Shown: positions 25,000 through 38,867, numbered from the stretch's first letter. The stretch is 64,000 nucleotides of DNA from Lama glama (GCA_028534125.1 CM052816.1:89344001-89408000); one strand, 5' to 3'. The notes: generated by a model not told the origin, from the sequence alone. Numbers and translations: made by a program.

Positions 25000-25995
25000 A
25001 GGTGGATTGGTCCACCTTCCAATTGCCTGTGCTGCTCTGGTCACACTGGCCTCTTCACTGTTTCTGGAACCTGCTGGTAATGTTCCTAACTTGATGCTTC
25101 TGCTCTTTTTTTAACCCCTTCTAAGATGCTCTTTCCTGAAATACACATTTGGCTAAATCCCTCGCCATCTTCAAGAAATTGCTAAAATGTCATCTTTTCA
25201 ATAGGCCTTATCTGACTGCTTGATTAGTTTCTCATTGCTGCTATAACAAATTATCACAAAATTAGTGGCTTAAAACAACACTTTTTATTTTTTCTAACAG
25301 CTCTGTAGGTCAGAAATTCAGCATAGCTCTCACTGGGCTAAAATCAAGGTGTAGGTATCGCTTCATTCTTTCTGTGATCTCTGGGGAGGAATCCATTTTC
25401 TTGGCTTTTCCAGCTGCTAGACACCTCTCTTGGGACTCGCACAAAGTCTCTTACATTTCAGAACCAGCAACCAGGTGCTGAATCCCTCTCATATTTCCAT
25501 TTCTCTCTCTCTCTGACCCAGTTAGGATAGATTCTTCCCTTTTAAGAACCCACATGATCAGATGTGTCCCATCTAAGGGAACCAAAGTAATTTCCTCAAC
25601 TCAAGAGACCTTTACTTCAATCACATCTGTGAAATTCCTTTATTTCCCCACCATGTAAAGCAACATATTCAAAGACTCTCAGGATAAAGACATAGACATC
25701 TTTGAGAGACAACTATTCTACCTACCATATTCCTTTATTTAATATCACAATTATTACGTACCACCCCAACCACTTCTAATGTTACTTCATCTCTACTTTT
25801 TCTCTCCTTCCTTTTTTAAGTGAGAGTCTTGCATATTATGTATCAGTCGAGTTATCTGCTTTTTGCCACTGGAATGAATGTAGACTCTACCAGGGCGGGG
25901 ATCTCTGCATTCTTGTTCCGTGATGTGTTTAAATACTGAGTATCATGACTGGCTCATGGTGGATATTCCAAAAAAATATCTGTTGGATGAACAAA
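25000..25995 (+). mobile_element. L2 3' region interrupted by an MLT1 LTR
   Basis: cacactggcctcttcactgtttctggaac...; tail gactggctcatggtggatattccaaaaaaatatctgttggatgaa. Confidence 0.7.
25221..25729 (-). mobile_element. MLT1 (MaLR) solo LTR
   Basis: tgattagtttctcattgctgctataacaaattatcacaaaattagtggcttaaaacaacac ... ctattctacctaccata. Confidence 0.85.
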
Positions 25996-27899
25996 CTCCT
26001 ACAAGTGATTGCTGGATCCAATGCTGATCTTACATTTTATTGTCAGATGCATTTCCCAAAGGACTGAAGGCACTCACACTTCCATCTTTCTTCCACCTCT
26101 CTTCAATATGCAATTACTGCTTTCTTACCTGAGAAAAAGGGACTAAAATGAACAGTAACGGCCAAGTTTTAATGGCGGTGAAATCACAACACACTTGAAT
26201 GTGTAGGCATTGGTTTGGGCCATATTTTTCTGGAATTGTAGTAATGTTTTAGAACACTGAGATTTGTTTTTTCTTTAAAACCAGAGCCACCCCTTTCTCA
26301 ACTAGTCCCTGATTGGGAGATAAAAGAAGGCATTAATTCTGATAGAGACTGTGTACTCCTGTGCCTTGTATATCTCGCTCCAGTTCTAATCGATTGGTCA
26401 CTTTTTGAGTCTTCCCAACAACTAGTAGTGAAATTCTCAACTATTGTTTGTGTCCTTCAGTGCTTGAGTATTTGTCACTCGTGACTAGGGCTCTCTAAAA
26501 TAGAGCTGATGGGTGTGGAATTATGACAACTTCAGAAATATTTCACAGTTTTTTATCCTGTGTACTAACACCCCTCATCCGGGATTCAGAGGATATAATA
26601 ATTAAACGATGTTGCCTCCTGCTCCTCTTCTCCTTTTCATTCACTAGTTTCTTTCTCTAAGAACACAAATTAAACAGTTAAAAACTAGAAACTAAACTTT
26701 AACATGAGACCTTTGCATGTGGGCAAAGACCTCGGACGTTTCTAGTTAAACAAACACAAACTTTATTTTCTTACCTCCTTCTAATTTCTTAACCTTTTAA
26801 TTGATTAGCATTAGCTTTGAGGTTAAACAAAGCACTTAATTGATACTGTTTTTAACATAAGTTTTTATACATTATTTGACGCATAATTAAAACTCATGGT
26901 TATATAGTCCTTTTGTGCACGAAGAGACTGATGTGTTAATTACCAATAGGCTATTATTGTTTGTTATGTTTTTTCTTCACATCAATTACTTATTGTTCGA
27001 TTAAATTTGTTATCTGATTATAATTTAAAATATAACACATTCTGGAATGAACTATGCATACGTTTCAATGACTTGTCTTTCCTACAATCCTCACATTTTT
27101 CTCACTTAGCATCACTTGTATTTTATATATTGGAGAAAATGATAATAGTGAAATTACTATATAATATTTCTGTCGCTTTGGTTTCTGCTGGAATTTTGTA
27201 AATACAAGTTTCCTGCTCACAAAAAAGGCATAAACTGTGTAGTCTAAAATATTACAATTTTAAGTCAACAACCTATATGGAAGTACTAATTAAAAGCAAT
27301 TTTCAAAATTAATTGCTCTAACACCATTTTCTTAAACTTTTAAAGTTATTCTTCCCTGAAGGAGAGACTATTATCTCGGTGCGGAAGTCTGCATTAGAGT
27401 GAGAGCTATGAATGTTTAGGACTCTACCCTAATTTGGTCCAGGGTGAACAGTTTTCTAGGGGGAATTCGTGTGAGTCACATCAGCTTTCTAAGTGCCATA
27501 GGTTGCTCCTTAACAGTAAGACAGACAGTTTATTAAAGTAATGCCGGTAAAGTGTTCATTTCCCTTCACTTGGGAGACTGCTTCCTTTTTTTTTCTTTCT
27601 TCATTCTCCTCCCCTTTTCTATTCTCTAAAGAACAATTAATTAACCCTGCATTATTATGTGATCAGATACATAAGGATTTTTTTTTTATTCTTGCTTTAG
27701 GACAGACAGTATAATATCTCTCCTTCAGCATAAAAAAAATCACTCACTTTGCAAAATCTCATGAGTTTGAAAGTATATTACCTCCACTGTGTGTTATAAT
27801 AAGACCCTTCTCTTTTTGTCTTTGAGTTATTCCTGAGCTACAGATGACTAAAATCAACTTTGCCTTCCATATAATTTTACATATTTTCATGTAAAAAAC

Positions 27900-28085
27900 T
27901 AGCACAGGGAACCATATTCAACATCTTGTAGTAACATGGTGAAGAGAATATGAAAGTGGATATATGTATGTTCATGTATGACTGAAGCATTATGCTGCAT
28001 ACCAGAAATCGACACATTGTAAACCAACTATACTTCAATTAAAAAAAAAACAACTTTCCAACACACACAGACACAAGAAAAAAAA
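27900..28085 (+). mobile_element. Short 5'-truncated young L1 3'UTR with tail
   Basis: Matches the 3'UTR at 14213-14310, continues to ...tatacttcaatt(A)10; candidate TSD aaaaaacta at 27893-27901 and 28080-28088. Confidence 0.85.
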
Positions 28086-30247
28086 CTATGAAAATCTTGA
28101 GAGATAATATAATAGCGAGCTAAACTTACACTGTGATATTTTACTGGTTACTAAGTCAGTACTGTGTCTGTATCCAGAATGTTCCACTTTCCATGTTCGG
28201 CTCCCAGTCCCTTTCATTCAATGTCTCATTGCTGCCCACACTCAAAGATAACAGGTTTCTCTTCTGATTATCTGTATAACCCGATTATCTGTCTCAGCTT
28301 TCCCTCCATGTCTTAAGAGTTCGATATTTAATATAACCATTCCTGCTCATTTATTTCATTCATTTACTCATTTCTTCACTCACTCACTCACTCACTTATT
28401 CATCATTCTTTGCCTTCCAAAAGGTGTGTTCTTCCGGAATCTTAAACCCACCTATTAAGCAAAACAAGACTATAGCCAGTGTTTTCTCGCAAGCTCCACC
28501 TCTGTTGCCGTGTATGTTGTACACAGAGCTGGATTTTTGAGAATAGGTATGACAGAGCAGAGGTAATCCTGAGAGCGTATCACTTTGTTGCTCCACAAAT
28601 GGGCCTCATCATAATCATATAAAGTATTAATCAGTTGACTCAATGCTACTGTGACAGGTTTCCATTAGTGTTACGTGGAATCTTCCATTTCAAGATTGCA
28701 CCAGGCCAGATGAGAGATTAAAAATGCCATTAATAAAATGATCATCTAAGTTATTAAAATTCAAGCTAAATATTATCAGTGATTTTTATAATCCAAATGC
28801 TTTTTTATAATATTTTGATGTAACCTTGACTACCCTGTACAACAATATAAATACCACTAAATTACAATTCACTGATTGCTTTGCACATTTATTTTCTAAT
28901 TAGATATAACTTCTGAAACTTGTATGCTAAGTGATATGTTAATCCTAAAAACTTTATCAATGTGGAGCCAGATTCAAGTTTTAAAATCTAAAGCCGTAAA
29001 GTTACTGGCATTTTCTTTTATCTGAATTATTTATCATTGACTATATAAAGCATAGAGCATATAATTTTTAACAGATGCTTTAGATTGACAACTTCACTAT
29101 TTCTTTTACATACTTCTGTTGCTGATCTATATACTATGCCTATTTAAAAAAATTCAGTTAACTGTTTGTATATGTGAACGTTTAATGCAAAAGAAAATAA
29201 TTTCAAATTAACCTCACTAAAAATATGAAAGATTATGCAAATATATCCTGAAGATAAAAGCCAACTGTCACTATTGTAATCTCTTTCTAAAATTAGATGT
29301 TAGAAATCTGAACCCTTTTCACCAAGTGTTTTTAATTAATTATATTTATAATATATAGAATTATAATTCATACATAGTATAGCAACAGCTATTAAAATTA
29401 TCTCACCTTTTGTTAATTTAATAACACGAGTGTTCTAGGAAAGGTTTTAGAAACATTTGTTCAATGAATTTGTTGCTTTGCTTTGTTGGGCTTTGGTCAC
29501 GGATTGATGCAAAGTTGGAGAATGAGAAACAGACTTCTCTATCTATATTTTGTAGGCATCTGCTTCTTAAATGACAAATCTTTTCTTGTAGGTGCTAAAA
29601 TGATATGTCGAGAGACATAAAGAAACATTTTCATACATACATGCAACTGTCTCTATGCAACTCATTCTGCTGCTTCTGTTAGTAATTTACTAATGAAGTG
29701 TGAACCATCCAAAGCTGTGTTTTTCATATTTTGATAATGTATTTTTACTCCTTTTTATAAAAGCTCTAAAAAAGCAGTTTTGAAATGATTTAATTTGTTG
29801 AATCTAGCTGAGTCCCATCAGAATTTTGTCCCTGATCATGTCTTACGTATTTTTAAGAAATAACTAAAACTTTTCCTGATGTTCTGTTGTTTATGTTTCG
29901 GATGCCTTCATGTTCCCATAAGAATATTTTTTCTTTATATTGTTATTTTCTGTATTTCATCTTTTATAAAATGTCTTGTAAGAGTTCAGAGATCTTGAAA
30001 TAAACCTTGAAAATTTTCACTTTACTATGGCAAGAAACTAGAATGTTATGTAAACAAGGTTGTATTTTTTTCAATGTTTTCAAGGGTCACAAATGCACAA
30101 AAGGTGAGTGGTTGAATTTATGTGATCAAAAAGGTTTCATATGAAGGACAACTATTCAGATCTCTTGGGAGAAGTAATTCTTCAAGTTTGTGTTCAAGAT
30201 TTAAGAAAATATTGTGGCTGTTCTTGGCTAGAAGTATAGCAGTAGTA

Positions 30248-30842
30248 TTTTTTTTTCTATTTTTTATAATTGAGGTACACTCAGTTACAATGTGTCTATT
30301 TCTGGTGTACAGCACAATGTCCCCGTCTTGCATATATATACATATATTTGTGTTTCATATTCTTTTTCATTAAAGGTTATTACAGAATATTGAATATAGT
30401 TCCTTGTGGTATACAGAAGAAATTTGGGGTTTTTAAAATTTATTTTTATATGTAGTGGCTAACATTTGCAAATCTCAAACTCCCAAATATATCTCTTCTC
30501 ACCCATTTCCCCTGGTAACCATAAGATTGTTTAATATGTCTGCAAATCTGTTTCTGTTTTGTAGATGAGTTCATCACTATCCTCTTTTTTTCTTTTTTTA
30601 GATTCCACATATGAGTGATATCATATGGTATTTTTCTGTCTCTTTCTGGCTTACTTCACTTAGAATGATGATGTCTAGGTCCATCCATGTTGCTGCAAAT
30701 GGCATTATTTTATTCTTTTTTATGGCCGAATAGTATTCCATTATATAAATATACCAAAACTTCTTTATGCAGTCATCTGTTGATGGACATTTAGGTTGCT
30801 TCCATGTCTTGGCTATTGTATATAGTGCTGCTACCAACATTT
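30248..30842 (-). mobile_element. 5'-truncated L1 (ORF2 C-terminus plus 3'UTR)
   Basis: ORF 30598-30840 [20 protein letters not shown]...; T-rich tail at ~30248-30266. Confidence 0.92.
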
Positions 30843-31462
30843 GGGTTAAGGTATATTTTCATGGACATATTTAGCTGAATTTTGATGTTATAAATTATAC
30901 CATGATATTAAGTATAAACTAAAGCAGTGTAAACACATTTACTAATGTTTAAATGACAAAAAAATAGGTTTATAATTATCTTAATGTTATTAATCTTTCT
31001 TACTCAATATTGCTTTTCTCATGTCTATACAAAAAATAGTCATTTTAGTTTAATGTGAATTTTTTTTAGTGTGTCTTGATTAATTAAAATTAAGTCCTCC
31101 TTATTGATTAAATCTATTACTTCTATTTCAATTTTGAGTTAAAGTTTCATAGTTTTTCAAGAAAAAATAAATTCTACCCCAAGTTTTTTAAAATTCTAAA
31201 TCTAAACAATTAACCTGGAAAATATTTATTTTTCCAAATTATAAAATTAGTGCTTCTATGACAAATAAGTGCCTCTTTTGTAGGAACTTTAATAAGTGAT
31301 TTGAATCTCAATTTGTCCTACAATGTATTTTTTAAATTCCAATATTGAAAGAGAACAACAAACGACTAATTGAAAAAAATTTTTTCTAAGTGTATGGAAG
31401 ACAACAGTGATTTACTGGCAGTTTTTTTTTTTTCCAATTCTATTTCATGTAAGTAGTGAAAT

Positions 31463-33770
31463 TTTTTTAACTTTTTTATTGATTTATAATCATTTTACAA
31501 TGTTGTGTCAAGTTCTAGTGTAAAGCACAATTTTTCAGTTATGCATGAACATATATATATATATATATATTTTCATTGTCACATTTTTTTCTCTGTGAGC
31601 TACCATAAGATCTTGTGTATATTTTCCTGTGCTATGCAGTATAATCTTGTTTATCTATTCTACAATTTTGAAATCCCATCTGTCCCTTCCCACCCCCTGC
31701 CCCCTTGGCAACCACAAGTTTGTATTCTATGTCTATGGGTTTGTTTCTGTTTTGTATTTATGGTTCTTATTTTTCGTTTGTTTGTTTTTTGTTTTTTTTC
31801 GATTCCACATATGGTATGGGATCTCATATGATATTTTTCTTTCTCTTTCTGGCTTACTTCACTTAGAATGACATTCTCCAATAACATCCATGTTGCTGCA
31901 AATGGTGTTATGTTGTCGGTTTTTATGGCTGAGTAGTATTCCATTGTATAAATATACCACTTCTTTATCCAGTCATCTGTTGATGGACATTTAGGCTGTT
32001 TCCATGTCTTGGCTATTGTAAATAGTGCTGCTATGAACATTGGTGTGCAGGTGTCATTTTGAAGTAGGGTTCCTTCTGAATATATNNNNNNNNNNNNNNN
32101 NNNNNNNNNNNNNNNNNNNNNNNNNNNNNNNNNNNNNNNNNNNNNNNNNNNNNNNNNNNNNNNNNNNNNNNNNNNNNNNNNNNNNNNNNNNNNNNNNNNN
32201 NNNNNNNNNNNNNNNNNNNNNNNNNNNNNNNNNNNNNNNNNNNNNNNNNNNNNNNNNNNNNNNNNNNNNNNNNNNNNNNNNNNNNNNNNNNNNNNNNNNN
32301 NNNNNNNNNNNNNNNNNNNNNNNNNNNNNNNNNNNNNNNNNNNNNNNNNNNNNNNNNNNNNNNNNNNNNNNNNNNNNNNNNNNNNNNNNNNNNNNNNNNN
32401 NNNNNNNNNNNNNNNNNNNNNNNNNNNNNNNNNNNNNNNNNNNNNNNNNNNNNNNNNNNNNNNNNNNNNNNNNNNNNNNNNNNNNNNNNNNNNNNNNNNN
32501 NNNNNNNNNNNNNNNNNNNNNNNNNNNNNNNNNNNNNNNNNNNNNNNNNNNNNNNNNNNNNNNNNNNNNNNNNNNNNNNNNNNNNTCTAGGAGGTTTATT
32601 TTATCTTGTCTTATGTTTAAGTCTTTGATCCATTTTGAATTGATTTTTGTGTATGGTGTACGGGAGTGTTCTAGCTTCATTGTTTTACATGCTGCTGTCC
32701 AGTTTTCCCAACACCATTTGCTGAAGAGACTGTCTTTATTCCATTGTATATTCTTGCCTCCTTTGTCGAAGATTAGTTGACCGAAAGTTTGTGGGTTCAT
32801 TTCTGGGCTCTCTATTCTGTTCCATTGGTCTATATGTCTGTTTCTGTACCAATGTCATGCTGTTTTGATGACTGTAGCTCTATAGTATTGTTTGAAGTCT
32901 GGGACAGTTATTCCTCCAGTCTCTTTCTTTCTCTTCAGTAATGCTTTGGCAATTCTGGGTTTTTGATGGTTCCATATAAATTTTGTTATGATTTGTTCTA
33001 GTTCTGTGAAATATGTCCTGGGTAATTTGATAGGGATTGCATTAAATCTGTAGATTGCCTTGGGCAGTGTGACCATTTTAACAATATTGATTCTTCCAAT
33101 CTAAGAGCATGGGATATCTATCCATTTTTTAAAGACTTCTTTAATTTCCTTCATCAGTGGTTTATTGTTTTCTGTGTATAATTCTTTCACCTCCTTGGTT
33201 AGATTTATTCCTAGGTATTTTATTACTTTGGGTGCTATTTTAAAGGGGATTGTTTCTTTACTTTCTTTTTCTGTTGCTTCGTCGTTAGTGTAAAGACATG
33301 CAACTGATTTTTGAACTTTAATCTTGTAACCTGCTACCTTGCTGAATTCTTTGATCAGCTCTAGTAGTTTCTGTATGGACCTTTTAGGGTTTTCTGTATA
33401 TAGTAACATGTCATCAGCATATAGTGACACTTTTACCTCTTCTTTTCCAATTTGGATCCTTGTTATTTCTCTCTCTTGCCTGATTGCTGTGGCTAGAAAT
33501 TCCAAGACTATGTTGAATAGGAGTGGTGATAGTGGGCATCCTTGTCTTGTTCCAGATTTTAGTGGGAAGCTTTTGAGTTTTTCACCATTGAGTACTAAGC
33601 TTGCTGTAGGTTTGTCATATATAACTTTTATTATATTGAGATATGCTCCCTCTATACCCACTTTGGTGAGAGTTTTTATCATAAATGGGTGTTGAATTTT
33701 ATCAAATGCTTTTTCTGCATCAATTGAGATGATCATGTGGTTTTTGTCCTTTCTCTTGTTGATGTGATGT
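31463..33770 (-). mobile_element. Young 5'-truncated L1 with RT domain
   Basis: ORFs 33101-33736 ([28 protein letters not shown]), 32855-33076 and 31660-32040; candidate TSD gtgaaat at 31456-31462 and 33769-33775. Confidence 0.95.
32086..32585. other. Assembly gap (500 N)
   Basis: Run of N inside the L1. Confidence 1.
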
Positions 33771-34063
33771 GAAATGTTGATTTAGTAGAATGTCAGTCAA
33801 GGTTATTGTTTTTTTTAATAAGCAATGCTTATTAATTTTTCCTAAATCAATAATTGGATCTCTTAGATCAAAATAAATGTATCCATGTTAATGCCAAGTG
33901 GAGAAAAACTGCAAACACATGGTTGTAATAATACACAGGACACTGTGGAAGGAAGAAAAGTTATAATCAAAGTAAGTCTTAAATTATAGATGGCAATTTT
34001 CAGAGAACAGTGAGTGAGGCTGAAAAAGAATTTCATGTTAAATCATTCCATTTGTGTTTGCAG

Positions 34064-34358
34064 CTGCACTCCAATTCTGACAAAGGCGACGGGTCCGTCA
34101 AATACATCCTCACTGGAGAAGGTGCCGGGACTATATTTATCATTGATGACACCACAGGCGACATCCACTCAACAAAAAGCCTAGACAGAGAGCAGAAGAC
34201 CCACTATGTGCTTCATGCCCAGGCCATTGACAGACGAACAAACAAGCCCCTTGAACCTGAATCTGAGTTCATCATCAAAGTGCAAGACATTAATGACAAC
34301 GCTCCAAAGTTCACAGATGGACCGTACATCGTGACCGTGCCTGAAATGTCAGACATGG
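34064..34358 (+). CDS. CDH18: Cadherin-18 internal coding exon (295 nt; most of EC1 and the start of EC2)
   Basis: Acceptor tttgtgtttgcag|CTG and donor ATGG|gtaaga. Translation [98 protein letters not shown](G) has the cadherin LDRE and DINDNAP motifs and matches the CDH18 sequence as I recall it. Phase 0 to phase 1. Confidence 0.96.
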
Positions 34359-35269
34359 GTAAGAACAGTTGTTGCTTATACTTTGGTAATTAACATATTT
34401 CTGATAATCCAAAATTCATCTTTTGAAGACCGGGTTTTAATTTTGGAAGGAGGGTAAAGAAATTTGAAGAAGTTCCAATATATTTCCATACTTTGCTATG
34501 GTCTAAAGTGTTAAAGAATCTAATATTTATTAAAATGAGTTTCTGAACTCATGACTGGAAGGAACACCTTGATCTCAAGGAAAATCATCATAAATGAGAA
34601 AACACTTGCAGTTCTTGCTTAATTGGCACAACCCTTTAACCTTACCAACACATTCAGTGACCATTTGCATGGACACAGGTAATACAATGTTGGAAATCGT
34701 TTGCTACGTCTTTTAAGCAGGTTTAAGCTTGCAGGTTATGACCAATTTATAATATTATTCATGGCACAAGTAACAACTACATTAATCAGTAAACTTTGCA
34801 GATACCTACCTGATTTGTCTTAAAATGGGTAACAACCCTGTGGAGTATTTTGAATACCACCTTAAAGTATGTAAGTAACTTTCCCAAATTCTTTCCAAAA
34901 TTGCCAGGAAGAAATTGACTGCAGGTTCTCCTGAGTGCAGAACCTACATTGCATTTGATAAATCAAGATCCCTCTGATGATCTAGGGCTTTCCCACCACT
35001 CACAGATCTCCATGGTCTAGCTATTTCATTTTTATCTCAGATGATGAGTTTCCTGAATATAACTAAAGTCAAGTTCAGCTATGATAATAAGATTTTACTA
35101 TCTCTGTGAGACTCTTAGCTTGGATTTAGAACATCTATTTTGAGTAGAGCTTTCATATATTTAATTTTACTGTACATGTAAGGGTTTTATTTTAAATTAA
35201 GATTATCTTAGTCATTAATCAAATCTCTCTGTGTAATTGGATATATACCTAAGTTTGTTTTTTTTTTAA

Positions 35270-35420
35270 TTTGGAAAATTATTTTCCAGTTTTAATGAGA
35301 TATAATTGACATAAGCACTGTATAAATTTAAGGTGCAAAGCGTGATGGCTTAACTTACAGGTATTGTGAAATGATCACCATACTACGTTTTGCTGGCACC
35401 TTTTGTCTCATATATAAAGC
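35270..35420 (-). mobile_element. L1 3' end fragment
   Basis: ttttccagttttaatgagatataattgacataagcactgtataaatttaagg. Confidence 0.75.
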
Positions 35421-35479
35421 TTTTAATGGAAGATTGCAGTCACTCATCTTCTCAAATCCAGTCCATTTTAGTTCCCCTG

Positions 35480-36800
35480 AGATAGCCAGATAGCTCCTGG
35501 AGCTGTCATGGAAGCAGGTGAGAAAGGACAGACTAAGTTCTCCTTCCTAACCAGACTCTCAGGGGAGTACGCAGTTGCCAAAATGGCTCTCCAGGGACCA
35601 GTGCAGAGCATAGGGACCAGCCTCCGAGAGCCGGTGGAAAGGCCCAGAAGGCACGCAGCAGGCTCACTGGTCTCTTAGGAAAGCTGAGAGGGGACTGAAG
35701 GGCTTGACACCATTACCCCTGGCAGGTAAGAGCGTATGTGAAAACTCTAGAACAGACGTCCTCCTGGCACCTTATCAAGGGACTGACAGCCCATCTGCCA
35801 ATCCTTTTCTCTTATAAAAGCAAAGAGCTGCATGACTCCATCACTTGTGGGAATGCCACCGGTAAAGTACTTCCGGAGGCTACATAGTACCCCCAGGGAG
35901 CACAAAGGAAGCAACAGAACCATAGGGAGCAAAGTGCCAGAGAGAGGAAGACACGCACAGCATTCATCACCAAGAAAGACAGCATGTCGACAGTCGGCAG
36001 TCAGAGCACTGGTGGTTGAGGACACTGTAAAGAGACTTCCGTAACTCAAAGTCATGTTTTCTACAAGGAAGTGAAAAACAAAAAGTGATATTGCATTGAG
36101 GCATAAATGGTCACTGATCAGACCCAAGTTATTGTCCTGGAACTTGAGAACATACCAGACCAAAAGAAGCAGCTAAAAATCAAAATATAAGTATATGGAA
36201 ATTGTGAGAACAGTATGTGACTTAGACGATATGTTTGTTCAACCTACCATGCGAATAACGTATGTCCCCAGAGAGCAGAAGTGAGCAGATGAAGGAGAAG
36301 AGCAGTAATGTTTTTCCCTGAAGGTGAAGAGTACGCAGAATTTGCAAGATTAATAGACTTTCTGAGTTCCAGGAAGGGTTAATAGAATAAGAATCCAATC
36401 CAACTTAAGTGAATCCTGGCAAAGTTCTTAAAGGCTAAGGATAAAGAGAAAACTTTTATAAACTTTCACAATTTTTTAACGTTACCAACTTAAAAAAAAA
36501 TATATTTTCACATCATATTTATCACCTGAAACACTGGAATGTGGTAAAAAGTTGAATATCATTGTCAGCCTACAGAGAAATGACTAAAACCCTGAATCCT
36601 TCATTCAGTCAAACATGATTCTTTGGCCAGCATGGAAGAAGGATCCAGAAAGTATATCATCCTCCCACCTGATCTAGAAAAATATTTAGAAATAGCTGAA
36701 ATTGAGAATAGCTGAAATGAATCAGAACAGAGATTGGAAAGCCAAGGGAAATGACAAGGAAAAGAAAAAGGTTCTCAGAAATGTATCCTGAATTACATAT
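35480..36800 (+). mobile_element. Old L1/HAL1-like 5' region plus ORF1 relic
   Basis: GC-richer 5' part, then ORF1-like text (aaggctaaggataaagagaaaac...). Confidence 0.4.
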
Positions 36801-36988
36801 GTGTGTGTGTGAACACTGTTAAAGTTAAGAGGGCGTATTTGAGGATATTAAAGGATGCTGCACATTTAGGAATCACGAATCCTAAAGGAATCACTGTAGC
36901 TGAGGCTGGAGAACTTAAGAACAAGCCAAAACATTGCAGTCTTTATCTAGGGCTTAGAGAGGAGTATAGGAATGGGAAATAATTAGTA

Positions 36989-37136
36989 CAAGTGAGCCTT
37001 GAACAGCCGGGGTGTGAATTACAGGGGTCCACTTACAGGAGCCTCCTTATATGAAGGGTCGACTGTAAGTTATGTGTATATTTTTGACTGTGGAGGGTTG
37101 GTGCTCCTTAAACCGCACATGTTTAAGGGTCAATTG
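36989..37136 (+). mobile_element. Internally deleted Tigger2-derived MITE
   Basis: ta|CAAGTGAGCCTTGAACA ... TGTTTAAGGGTCAATTG|ta. Confidence 0.8.
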
Positions 37137-37489
37137 TATAAAGTTATTTTATGGAGATGAGTATGGTTCAGAGAGAGAGAGTTTAGTATTTGAAAAAAGA
37201 GGAAAAAACAGGCAAAGAATAGGTTTTCAGTCTCTTCTACAATGGTTCTTCTAGGTACAATTCTGTTGAAGGACCACAGCAAGCTTTAGGCTGAACATTG
37301 GAAACTATATTGTACGCGTATGAGTTCATTGTGGAAAATCAAATGCATAAAAATCACCATAATAGTACCTAATACACACTGTAATATGAATGTATGCGAG
37401 GTGATATGAATGTTTGTGGAGTGTGGTCTGCTTAAGAATGAGTGATACTTGCACTACCATTAAGTTTAAAAATAAAAAACTTGTAGCAG

Positions 37490-37709
37490 AAGGACCAGCA
37501 AAAACCATGGCAGTGGAGACCAATCCAGCCTGCTGCCTGTTGTGAACAAAATTTTACTGGAACAAAGCCATAGCCATTCATTTAAATATTGCGTTTGGTA
37601 GTTTGGGCACTACAGCGGCAGAGCTGAGTGGTGGCAAGTAAGTTTATGGCTCACACGCCTGAAATATTTACTATGTTGCATTTTACAGAAAAAATTTGCC
37701 AACCTCTAT
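37490..37709 (+). mobile_element. MER58A (hAT-Charlie)
   Basis: ccagcctgctgcctgttg...ttttactggaacaaagccatagccattcattt...gcctgaaatatttactat...tttacagaaaaaatttgccaacctct. Confidence 0.8.
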
Positions 37710-38039
37710 TGTAAGGGATTTTAGGAAATGAGCCTGGAGGCAGTGGGAACAGTGAGAAGACAGTGTTACCTTCTAATACTCCTGATGGATGAGGCATCTT
37801 CTTTTCTAGGAGAGTCCGTGCTCTGACAGTCCTGCTGACTACACACACAGACACAAAACCATGGCGTTTGTTATGAACAATAGAATCGAGCTTCTTCCCT
37901 TTAGGGAAAAGCCTGAATGTCTAATATTCAGTCTACCCTTCCTTATTACTAAGAGAACTTAGTTTTGTTCAGAGTGACACTGCAGAATTAAATATTTACC
38001 TCTTACTCTTCCTTTTCATCTAAGAATGGTCATATGATA

Positions 38040-38400
38040 TAATTCTAGATGATAGGACATGAAGTGGAAACCAGTAAGGCAGAAAGTTCTAGGAAAGATA
38101 TAAGTTTCCTGTGGAAAGACACACCTGGCACATATATTTCACCCATTACCACGTTCCTTTCTTGCTGCCTAAATGCAGACGTGGTATAGAAATGCAGCAG
38201 CCACTTAGAACCAGAAAGATGAAAGCCTCTTGCTGAGTGAGATGGAGCAGAAAGATAAAAGGGCCCGGAAGAATGATACATCACAGAACCGATGCTCCAG
38301 CCCTGGCCTGCAGATCCCAAGAGCTTTCTTTAGAAAGTAAATCTTGTCTTTTTAAGCTATTGAGTTGGATTTCAGACACAGGAAGCTGCACTGAAGCTGA
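38040..38400 (+). mobile_element. Old MLT1 (J/K-like) LTR fragment
   Basis: gcagcagccact...gatggagcagaaagat...ccagccctgg...tttaagctattg. Confidence 0.55.
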
Positions 38401-38867
38401 ATTGGTACTTGGACAAATTCTAGGTTTTAATATTAACCCAATAACCAAAGAATTGAGTCCAACACTGAACCCAAAGGAATAACGAGAAAGGTTTTAGCAT
38501 TGGATAAGAAACAGGGATGTCATTTTCCATGAAGTGGCTGGATTTGGCAATGACGCATAAAATCATCCCTCCTTTCCATTTCCACTGTGTCATTGTGATG
38601 CTGGATGCCTTTGCTCTGGCAGCAGTTTCTCTTACTGCCAGTGGTGAAGCTAACAGTTGATTTCATATCTCTAAATCTTACTTCCTGTCAAGTGTAGAAA
38701 TGATTGGACCCGTAGAAGTTTGGATCAGTGGATAAAGAGATTAGACATTTTGAATGTACACTTCGAGTCTGGCCGAAAATCAAACACTGATGACCACAAA
38801 GTAACTTATTTATTTTGCCAAATTCTGACACCACAGGATGCCACAGCAGTCCTGAAACAACTCCAGG

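Noticed and set aside
34010..34393. 127-aa ORF as a stand-alone gene
   Set aside because: It is the CDH18 exon plus intronic read-through; splice sites define 34064-34358.
34920..34950. Small hairpin tgcaggttct...agaacctaca
   Set aside because: 10-bp imperfect stem, likely chance or a DNA-transposon remnant; too short for a pre-miRNA.
35747..36163. 138-aa ORF in a GC-richer patch, or a CpG-island promoter
   Set aside because: No protein similarity that I recognise, few CpGs, and more consistent with an old L1/HAL1 5' region.
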